Positions 56,565 through 64,000 of a stretch of DNA of 64,000 nucleotides are shown here, piece after piece. Both the position numbers and the translations under genes were made by a program. Source of the stretch: an uncultured Peptostreptococcaceae bacterium (GTDB taxonomy: Bacteria > Bacillota > Clostridia > Peptostreptococcales > Peptostreptococcaceae); NCBI GenBank assembly GCA_944383455.1, contig CALWPP010000003.1, positions 51,652 through 115,651 of the forward strand, in the 5' to 3' direction. The notes under the pieces were generated by a model. That model ran no database searches. It worked only from the letters and a program-made list of their open reading frames with translations, and was not told the DNA's origin. Numbering within the stretch: the first letter of the stretch is position 1; every line of letters starts with the position of its first letter.

Positions 56565-57767
56565 CTAAAGTAAATATTTTTTTATCTTTTCATTTGATAC
56601 TAAATTTAATTTATAGTAATAATCAGGGTTATCTATTAATGCTTGTACTAAATTTTTACTACCTCCACCTTTTCCTCTAAACTCTGATAATATATCTTTT
56701 AATACAATTCTCATATCAATATCTATATTTTTGGAACTTGATAAAATCAAGTGTAAATTATTATCATTTTTTAAAACTCCAATAAAAATATTATTTTCAG
56801 TGGTAGTTAAATTTTTAGAAATATTTTTAATAAATTTTAAATCATAATCAAAATAAATCTTATTGAATAATCTTATACCAGAAACATACTCATTTTGACC
56901 ATTAATAAAAAAATCTAATTCTTTATTTAATACTTCATTTTCTAATTTTTTAATTTTCTCTTTATATTTATCAACTTTTTCATAAATATTATCAATATAA
57001 CTAATTATATCAGAATCCTTTGATTTTAAATACTTACAAACATCACTTAAATAAATATCTCTTTTTAAAGAATAATCAATAGCTCTTTGACCTGCTAGAT
57101 ATTCTACTCTTGTAGATTTTCGATTCTTTTCAGTTTTTATAATTTTTATCATTCTAAGTTCTAAAGTAGAATTTAGATGTATTCCACAACAAGCATTAAT
57201 ATCGAGTTTTCCTATTTTAATAACTCTTATTTCGCTATCTGTAATTGGTAAATCTCTTCTTAAATTTAGATTAACTAAATCTTCTTTTTTAGGAACTATA
57301 ACTTCAGTTTTTAAATTCTGACTAATTATATCATTTGCCATTTTCTCAACTTCAAGAAGTTCGTCATATGTAAAATCACCTTCAATATCAACAGTGCTAG
57401 ATTCTTTTCCAAGATGAAAACTTACTGTATTTTTATTAAACATTTTGTAAAAACAACCTGATAAAATATGCTGAGCAAAATGTTGTTCCATTCCATCTAA
57501 TCTTCTTTTCCAATTTATAGAACACTTTAAATTTTTATAACTATTAATATCTTCATCTAAAACGTGATAAACCTTATGATTTTTTTCATAAGTGTCTACC
57601 ACTTTTTTATTATCTATATAACCAATATCACAAAACTGACCTCCGCCACCTGGAAAAAATGCAGTTTTATCAAGAACTATATGATATTTTTCTTCTATCT
57701 TTAAAATTTCAATTATATTAGCTGTAAAATCTTTGATATAAAAATCTTTATAATATAACTTTTCCAT
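56565..57767 (-). CDS. AlaX-L type alanyl-tRNA editing protein (tRNA_SAD + DHHA1-like C-terminus)
   Basis: Zinc motifs 'HFAQHILSG' (HxxxH) and 'CCGIH' (CxxxH). C-terminal 'RGKGGGSKNLVQA'. GAGG RBS precedes the ATG at 57767. Confidence 0.8.
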   Translation of the reverse strand: MEKLYYKDFYIKDFTANIIEILKIEEKYHIVLDKTAFFPGGGGQFCDIGYIDNKKVVDTYEKNHKVYHVLDEDINSYKNLKCSINWKRRLDGMEQHFAQHILSGCFYKMFNKNTVSFHLGKESSTVDIEGDFTYDELLEVEKMANDIISQNLKTEVIVPKKEDLVNLNLRRDLPITDSEIRVIKIGKLDINACCGIHLNSTLELRMIKIIKTEKNRKSTRVEYLAGQRAIDYSLKRDIYLSDVCKYLKSKDSDIISYIDNIYEKVDKYKEKIKKLENEVLNKELDFFINGQNEYVSGIRLFNKIYFDYDLKFIKNISKNLTTTENNIFIGVLKNDNNLHLILSSSKNIDIDMRIVLKDILSEFRGKGGGSKNLVQALIDNPDYYYKLNLVSNEKIKKYLL

Positions 57768-57834
57768 AATAAAAACCTCACTTTTACAATAAAAATAATA
57801 TATCACAGTAGATAAAATGTCAAATAGTACTACG

Positions 57835-58779
57835 TTATAATAACTTCTTATTTTTAAATATACTTACACACACAACTACTATTAAAATCATAACTATTAT
57901 AGTTATAGGATATGCATAATAAAAATCAAGTTCTGGCATATACTTAAAATTCATACCATAAATACCAGTTATTATTGTAAGTGGAGATGATATAGCAGTT
58001 AAAAGAGTTAATTTGGTTATTAAATCATTAGTTTTATTTGCTATATTAGAAGAATAAATATCAAGTAGTTTATCTGATAATTCTCTTGTTGATAGTGAGA
58101 AAGAGTAAAGTTTTTCTATTGAATAATTTACATTTTGTATTTCAATATCGTTTGGTTTTTTATATCTTGTATTTTCATTAAATATTCTATCATAGATATA
58201 AATATAAGGTCTTATATTCCTTACAATAATTCTTGACATTGCTCTCATATAATTTATATTTTCTATTTTATTTTCAACATTACTAATAAGTATCTCATCT
58301 TCTAATTCTAATATGATATTTTCTAATTTTTCTAGATTTTCAAACTGATCAATTATTATACTTTTAAAAATTTTATAAATTATTTTAAAAAATAACTCAT
58401 TTTTCTCTAACTTTAAATATTCTAAGTTATTTTTTTGAATCTCATTAATAATATTAATAAAAATTTCATTTAAAAAATGATTTTCATTACAAACAACTAA
58501 AATAAAGTTATTAGATAAATATATATTTACCTCTTGTATAATAATTTTATTTTTTATTAATTCAAATGTATTTACACTTAAAAAATCGTACTTATCAAAA
58601 TTATCTAATTTAATATTTTCGTCAAAACTAAGACATTCATAATAAGTGTTATTGTCAAGCTCTAAAAAATTTTTAATTTTTTTTAGTTCTATTAAATTAC
58701 ATAATATTAAATAATTATCATTTTTTATAAATTTATCATCATCTAGTTTTTCATTTTTGTTTAAATCAAATAAAATCAT
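57835..58779 (-). CDS. corA: CorA-family magnesium/cobalt transporter
   Basis: 'GIYGMNF' (GMN motif) before the last TM helix. 314 aa. Confidence 0.88.
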   Translation of the reverse strand: MILFDLNKNEKLDDDKFIKNDNYLILCNLIELKKIKNFLELDNNTYYECLSFDENIKLDNFDKYDFLSVNTFELIKNKIIIQEVNIYLSNNFILVVCNENHFLNEIFINIINEIQKNNLEYLKLEKNELFFKIIYKIFKSIIIDQFENLEKLENIILELEDEILISNVENKIENINYMRAMSRIIVRNIRPYIYIYDRIFNENTRYKKPNDIEIQNVNYSIEKLYSFSLSTRELSDKLLDIYSSNIANKTNDLITKLTLLTAISSPLTIITGIYGMNFKYMPELDFYYAYPITIIVMILIVVVCVSIFKNKKLL

Positions 58780-58898
58780 ATAATCACCATCAAATATTTT
58801 TATAGATAATATTATTTACCGAACAATTAAAATAAATAATTCTAATATAAAAATATTATGTAAACTAAAAAAGTATTTAAGTGAAAATAAAACTTCAC

Positions 58899-59735
58899 TT
58901 AAATACTTTCTAAAAACGAAATAACCTCTTCAATTATCCAATCTGGAGTTGATGCTCCTGCTGTTACTCCTACTACTTTATATTTTTTTAATTCTTCTTT
59001 GTCTAGTTCATCTTTAGTTTCTATGCAAAAAGTTTTTACATTTTCACTACATATTTGAGCTAATTTTTGTGTATTTGAACTATGTTTTCCTCCAACTACT
59101 ACAACAACATCAACTTCATTTGATAATTCTTTTGATGCATCTTGTCTTTCTTTTGTTGCAGAACAAACTGTATTATTAAATACTATATTAGATATTTTAC
59201 TCTGTAAAATTTCTTTAATCTTCTCATAAGTATCTATATTTATTGTAGTTTGAGAAACAACGCAATATTTCTTACTATTATCAATACTTAAATTTTTAGC
59301 TTCTTCTAAATTTTTTATAATTATACATTCATTATCAGCCCAACCATTAATACCAACTACCTCTGGATGATTTTTATCTCCTAGAACTATTATTTCATAA
59401 TTTTGTTCTTTAAATTTTCTTACTATTTCATGTATTTTAGTTACAAATGGGCAAGTAGTATCTATTATTTTTAAGTTTTTTGAATTTGCTAAATCATAAA
59501 TATTTTTTGATACTCCATGAGAACGAATAATAACTTTTTTATTATCTTTTATTTCATCAATACTATCAACAGTTAAAAGACCATCTTTTTCAAATCTTTC
59601 TACTGCTTGTTTATTATGTATTAAAGGTCCTAATGAATAAATATCATCACTTTTTTTTACTTCATCAAAAGCCATTTGCATAGCTCTTTTTACTCCAAAA
59701 CAAAATCCTGCTTTTTTTGCTACTTTAACAATCAT
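58899..59735 (-). CDS. ispH: 4-hydroxy-3-methylbut-2-enyl diphosphate reductase
   Basis: 'AGFCFGVKRA', 'GPLIHN', 'TCPFV' and 'SQTT' LytB motifs. 278 aa with no S1 fusion. Confidence 0.92.
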   Translation of the reverse strand: MIVKVAKKAGFCFGVKRAMQMAFDEVKKSDDIYSLGPLIHNKQAVERFEKDGLLTVDSIDEIKDNKKVIIRSHGVSKNIYDLANSKNLKIIDTTCPFVTKIHEIVRKFKEQNYEIIVLGDKNHPEVVGINGWADNECIIIKNLEEAKNLSIDNSKKYCVVSQTTINIDTYEKIKEILQSKISNIVFNNTVCSATKERQDASKELSNEVDVVVVVGGKHSSNTQKLAQICSENVKTFCIETKDELDKEELKKYKVVGVTAGASTPDWIIEEVISFLESI

Positions 59736-59744
59736 AAATCCACC

Positions 59745-60347
59745 CTATTTTGAATAAATATAGTAATTCTCCTTTATAACTTCTAAAACGTTTTGAGATA
59801 ATCTTTCGTAATCCTTTGAATTTAATTTTTGATTATAATGTTCTTCAAAAGAAATTGGTTTATCTATATAGACTGTTACCCTATTAAAAATCCTATAATC
59901 AGTTATTATAGAAACAGGAACTACTAGTGCACGTCCTTTTACTGCAAACATAGCAAGGCCTGGCTTTGCAGGAGAAAATCCAGGCTCTTTAGTTCTAGTT
60001 CCTTCTGGAAATATACCAAGAACATATCCTTTTTTTATTGCTCCTAGTATATTCTTTATAGTTGAAACATCTGGATTTTCTCTATTAATTGGAATTGCAT
60101 TTACACCTTTTAATATAAATCCTAATGGTTTAAAATCAAAAAGTTCTTTTTTAGCAACACCAGCAACATCTCTTGTATCTATTGCAGAAGCTAAAAATAT
60201 AGGGTCTAAATTTGATTTATGATTTGCAGCAACTATAACATTTCCCTCAAGAGGAATATTTTCAAGTCCAATTACTTCAAATTTATAAAATACTTTTGAA
60301 AATAATTTAACACTTCCTCTTACTAAATCATAAAAACGCATATACAT
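59745..60347 (-). CDS. plsC: 1-acyl-sn-glycerol-3-phosphate acyltransferase
   Basis: 'ANHKSNLDP' (HX4D) and 'IFPEGTR' motifs. Confidence 0.88.
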   Translation of the reverse strand: MYMRFYDLVRGSVKLFSKVFYKFEVIGLENIPLEGNVIVAANHKSNLDPIFLASAIDTRDVAGVAKKELFDFKPLGFILKGVNAIPINRENPDVSTIKNILGAIKKGYVLGIFPEGTRTKEPGFSPAKPGLAMFAVKGRALVVPVSIITDYRIFNRVTVYIDKPISFEEHYNQKLNSKDYERLSQNVLEVIKENYYIYSK

Positions 60348-60365
60348 CTCCCTTCGATTTTTTAA

Positions 60366-61004
60366 TTATTTTATAATAGCTAAAAAATCATCTACAACTT
60401 CGTCAATAGTTTTGCTTGTTGTATCTATTAAAATTACATCATCTGTTTTTTTAAGAGGTGCAAACTCTCTATTTGAGTCCATTTCATCTCTTTTTATTAT
60501 TTCTTTTATTATCTCATCTAAATTAACATCATACCCTTTTTCAGTTAACTCTTTATATCTTCTTTGTCCTCTTTCCTCTGGAGTTGCAACTAAATAAAAC
60601 TTATAGTCTGCATTTGGAAAAACATATGAACCAATATCACGACCATCAAGTATAACTGAACTCCTTGTTCCTATTTCTCTTTGAATATCAACCATTAAAT
60701 ATCTAACTTCTTTTATTTTTGCAATGTTTGATACATTATTACTTACTTCTAAAGTTCTTATTTCATCAGTTAATATTTTTCCATCTAAATAAATATTATT
60801 ATCTTTAAAGTCTATATCTGTTTCTTTTGCTAAATTACTAACAGCTTCTTCGTTAGTTATATCTATATCGTTTATTAAACATTTATAAGTTATTGCTCTA
60901 TACATTGCTCCTGTATCTATATAATTTATATTAAGTTTATCTGCTATTATTTTTGCTATTGTACTTTTTCCAGCTCCTGCTGGTCCATCTACTGCTATTA
61001 TCAT
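60366..61004 (-). CDS. cmk: Cytidylate kinase
   Basis: 'IIAVDGPAGAGKSTIAK', 'YIDTGAMYRA' and 'LDGRDIG'. Confidence 0.93.
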   Translation of the reverse strand: MIIAVDGPAGAGKSTIAKIIADKLNINYIDTGAMYRAITYKCLINDIDITNEEAVSNLAKETDIDFKDNNIYLDGKILTDEIRTLEVSNNVSNIAKIKEVRYLMVDIQREIGTRSSVILDGRDIGSYVFPNADYKFYLVATPEERGQRRYKELTEKGYDVNLDEIIKEIIKRDEMDSNREFAPLKKTDDVILIDTTSKTIDEVVDDFLAIIK

Positions 61005-61018
61005 TTTTTATCTCCTTT

Positions 61019-62224
61019 TTAAATATTATTTCCTGCTAAAAAACCAGTTGAAAATGCTATTTGAAGGTTATATCCTCCAGTTTCTGCATCAACATCAATT
61101 ACTTCACCACAAAAATATAAATTGTTTATTATTTTTGACTCTAATGTAGAAGAATTAATCTCTTTAACATTAACTCCACCACAAGTTACTTGTGAAGCTT
61201 TTATTCCTTTTGTATCTATTACCGTAAGTTCTAGATTTTTTAGCTTTTTTATTATTTTTTCTTCATCTAATTTAGACAATTCATTAACTTTTTTATTATT
61301 AAGCTCTAAATCATCAAGTATTACCCTTAAAAAATTTTGAGGTAAAACAGTTTTTAAATTAGTTAAAATATTTTTATTTATGTCTTGTCTTATTATATTT
61401 GAAATTTCATCACTATTTATATTCGGTAATACATCAATATTTATAGTAATTTCATTTTCTTCTAAAAATTTATTTATGTATGATGAAAATTTTAAAACAC
61501 AAGGACCACTTATACCAAAGTGAGTAAAAATCATATCTCCAATTTTAGAAATCTTCTTTTTTTTGATTTTTGTAGAGATCTCTACATTTTTAAGAGATAT
61601 ACCTTGCATAGATTTTACAAAATTTTCTTTTATTACAAGTGGTATTAGTGCTGGATAAAATTTAGTTATAGTGTGGTATTTTTCAAGTATTTTATACATA
61701 CTACCATCAGAACCTGTATTTGGATAGCTTTTTCCACCAGTTGCAACTATAACTTTATCAGCAAATATTTTTTCATTTGACTCTGTTATAACTCCAATTA
61801 TAGTATTATCTTCTATTATAAAGTCAACTACCTTTGTATTATAAAATATATTTACATTATTTTTAATAAGGTCTTTTTTTAAAGCTTCTATAACTTCTTC
61901 TGATTTATCTGATTTTGTATAGATTTTATTATCGTTTTCTACTTCTATTTTATACTCTAAATTATTTTTATCAAAGTAAGAAAGTAAATCTAAATTAGTA
62001 AAAGAATAAAAACTACTATATAAAAACTTTCTATTACTAACAACTTTATCAAAAAAATCCTCAATATCTCGATTATTAGTTATATTACATCTACCACCAC
62101 CAGTTAACTTTAATTTCTTTCCAAGTTCGTTATTTCTTTCTATTAAAGTTACTTTATGATTTTTAGATGCACAAAGTGAAGCCATCATACCAGAAGGACC
62201 ACCACCAATTACTAAAACATTCAT
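61019..62224 (-). CDS. NAD(P)/FAD-dependent oxidoreductase, HI0933/BaiN family
   Basis: 'VIGGGPSGMMA', 'TGGGRCNITN' and a C-terminal 'GGYNLQIAFSTG'. Confidence 0.85.
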   Translation of the reverse strand: MNVLVIGGGPSGMMASLCASKNHKVTLIERNNELGKKLKLTGGGRCNITNNRDIEDFFDKVVSNRKFLYSSFYSFTNLDLLSYFDKNNLEYKIEVENDNKIYTKSDKSEEVIEALKKDLIKNNVNIFYNTKVVDFIIEDNTIIGVITESNEKIFADKVIVATGGKSYPNTGSDGSMYKILEKYHTITKFYPALIPLVIKENFVKSMQGISLKNVEISTKIKKKKISKIGDMIFTHFGISGPCVLKFSSYINKFLEENEITINIDVLPNINSDEISNIIRQDINKNILTNLKTVLPQNFLRVILDDLELNNKKVNELSKLDEEKIIKKLKNLELTVIDTKGIKASQVTCGGVNVKEINSSTLESKIINNLYFCGEVIDVDAETGGYNLQIAFSTGFLAGNNI

Positions 62225-62476
62225 AAAATCACCCTTAAAACTTATATTAGATTTATTATAATCTAAATACTATATTTAGTAAATCAATATATTAATTAAA
62301 AATTTACTTAGTTAAATATGTAGATAGTTTCTAATTATGATAATATTTTTTTAAGTTAAACAAATATATCAAAATTTTTATATTTAGTATATAATATTTA
62401 ATAAAATTTAAACTGTTTATTGTGTATATATCTAGTAGCTATAAATATATAATACATAAAAAAGAAAGGTACAAAA

Positions 62477-63283
62477 ATGAAATATCGTGATAAAGTAAAA
62501 ACTGCAAAAAGAATAGTTATAAAAGTTGGAACATCCACTTTAACTTATGAAAATGGAAACTTAAACTTAAAAAGAATAGAAAAAATAGCTCAAACAATAT
62601 CTGATTTAGTAAATAACGATAAAGAGGTTATACTTGTTACTTCTGGTGCAGTTGGAGTTGGAAAGAATAAGTTAAATTATTCAGAAAAACCAAAAACACC
62701 TCAAGAAAAACAGGCTTGTGCATCTGTTGGTCAAGTTATTCTTATGAATATATACTCAAAACTATTTGGTGAATATGGTTATTCTGTCGGTCAAATACTT
62801 TTGACTAAAGATGTTTTAGAAAATGAAAAAAGAAAATTAAATGTAATTAATACATTCGAGACTTTACTTAAAAATAAAATCATACCAATAGTTAATGAAA
62901 ATGACAGTGTATCTATTGAAGAAATAGAAAATATATCAAGATTTGGAGATAATGATAATTTAGCTTCTGTTGTTTCTGTTATTGTTGGTGCTGATTTACT
63001 TGTCATATTATCTGATATAGATGGATTTTATGATAAAAACCCAAAAATAAATTTTGATGCAAAACTTATAAGTGAGGTTTTAGAGATTACAAAAGAACTT
63101 GAAAGTTTTGCTGGTGGTTCTAGTACTGATTTAGGTACTGGTGGAATGCAAACTAAAATTCAAGCAGGAAAAATTGCAACTAATAATGGTTGCGATATGA
63201 TTTTAGCAAATGGAGAAAATCCAAGCATAATTTTAGATATTTTAGATGGTAAAAATATTGGAACACTTTTTGTTTCAAAGTAG
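62477..63283 (+). CDS. proB: Glutamate 5-kinase (no PUA domain)
   Basis: 'RIVIKVGTSTLT', 'VTSGAVGVG', 'NENDSV' and 'DNDNLAS'. Confidence 0.92.
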   Translation: MKYRDKVKTAKRIVIKVGTSTLTYENGNLNLKRIEKIAQTISDLVNNDKEVILVTSGAVGVGKNKLNYSEKPKTPQEKQACASVGQVILMNIYSKLFGEYGYSVGQILLTKDVLENEKRKLNVINTFETLLKNKIIPIVNENDSVSIEEIENISRFGDNDNLASVVSVIVGADLLVILSDIDGFYDKNPKINFDAKLISEVLEITKELESFAGGSSTDLGTGGMQTKIQAGKIATNNGCDMILANGENPSIILDILDGKNIGTLFVSK

Positions 63284-63291
63284 GTGGATTT

Positions 63292-64000
63292 ATGAGTGAA
63301 TTAATATTAAAGTGTAAAAACGCAAAAGAAGCTTCTTATATAATGTCAAATATTTCAACTAATGATAAAAATGATGCTTTAATTAAAATGGCAAATAATT
63401 TGATAAAAAATACAAGAAATATTATAGAGGCTAATGAAATAGATATAAAAAATGCAAGAGAAAAAGGAATAAAAGAATCAATGATTGATAGACTTATTCT
63501 TGATGAAAAAAGAATAAAAGCTATGAGTGATTCTCTTATAAAAGTATCAACTTTAGATGACCCTGTTGGGGAAGTCTTATCTGTAGTTAATAGACCAAAT
63601 GGACTTCAAATAGGTAAAAAAAGAGTCCCACTTGGAGTTATTGGAATAATTTATGAAGCAAGGCCAAATGTTACTTGTGATGCTATTGGACTTTGTATAA
63701 AATCAGGAAATACAACTATTTTAAGAGGAGGAAGCGAAGCTATAAATTCAAATAAAAAAATAGTTTCTGTTTTAAAAGAAGCCTTAGAAAATACTAACAT
63801 ACCACTTGATTGTATTAATATTTTAGAAGATACTTCAAGAGAAACTGCAACTCAAATGATGAAATTAAATGAATATATAGATGTCTTAATTCCAAGAGGT
63901 GGAAAAAATCTTATAGATGTAGTAGTCAAAAATGCTACTGTACCTGTTATAGAAACTGGAACTGGAAATTGTCATATTTTTGTTGATGAGAGTGCAGATT
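63292..64000 (+). CDS. proA: Gamma-glutamyl phosphate reductase (3' end outside the window)
   Basis: ATG at 63292 follows a GGTGGA RBS and the frame is open to the window end. 'VPLGVIGIIYEARPNVT', 'LRGGSEA' and 'IPRGG' are ProA motifs. Confidence 0.9.
   Translation, partial: MSELILKCKNAKEASYIMSNISTNDKNDALIKMANNLIKNTRNIIEANEIDIKNAREKGIKESMIDRLILDEKRIKAMSDSLIKVSTLDDPVGEVLSVVNRPNGLQIGKKRVPLGVIGIIYEARPNVTCDAIGLCIKSGNTTILRGGSEAINSNKKIVSVLKEALENTNIPLDCINILEDTSRETATQMMKLNEYIDVLIPRGGKNLIDVVVKNATVPVIETGTGNCHIFVDESAD

Noticed and set aside
1-64000. A search by eye for rRNA, tRNA, CRISPR repeats, IS/transposase genes and prophage modules.
   Set aside because: I found no regularly spaced direct repeats, T-loop GGTTCGAATCC-type motifs, rRNA-like G+C-rich stretches or DDE/serine transposase motifs. 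The intergenic regions are short and explained by promoters, terminators and the riboswitches listed.

Overview
AT-rich chromosomal segment (about 25-30% G+C by eye, not computed) from a spore-forming anaerobic Firmicute. A fused cspBA gene followed by cspC points to a Peptostreptococcaceae-like genome (Clostridioides, Romboutsia or Paraclostridium type). I support about 65 protein genes, mostly core functions. These include thioredoxin and its reductase, hybrid-cluster protein with a Crp/Fnr regulator, class Ib ribonucleotide reductase, [FeFe] hydrogenase, DAHP synthase with chorismate mutase, LexA, ispH-plsC-cmk and proBA. Sporulation and germination genes are also present (cspBA, cspC, an alpha/beta SASP). 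Cis-regulatory elements I can read directly are a lysine riboswitch ahead of an NhaC-type transporter and a preQ1-I riboswitch ahead of a transporter plus Cys-motif enzyme pair. I also read two NrdR boxes that form a perfect 46-bp palindrome, a LexA box and a candidate HcpR box. One gene is missing from the ORF track because it carries an in-frame TGA: a HesB/IscA-like selenoprotein candidate with a SECIS-like hairpin (51608..51934, minus strand). The best candidate for an undescribed system is a very A+T-rich block of about 6.4 kb (35.9-42.4 kb) between housekeeping genes and lexA. It holds two orphan genes plus a tightly coupled three-gene operon. That operon encodes a stand-alone coiled-coil protein, a McrB-like AAA+ NTPase with an unassignable N-terminal domain of about 320 aa, and a McrC-like PD-(D/E)xK nuclease. 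A second unusual module is an AlaX / lid-less Hsp70 / membrane-anchored J-like protein operon in which the HPD motif reads PPE. I found no rRNA, tRNA, CRISPR array or transposase by reading. All family assignments rest on motifs read by eye, with no searches run.
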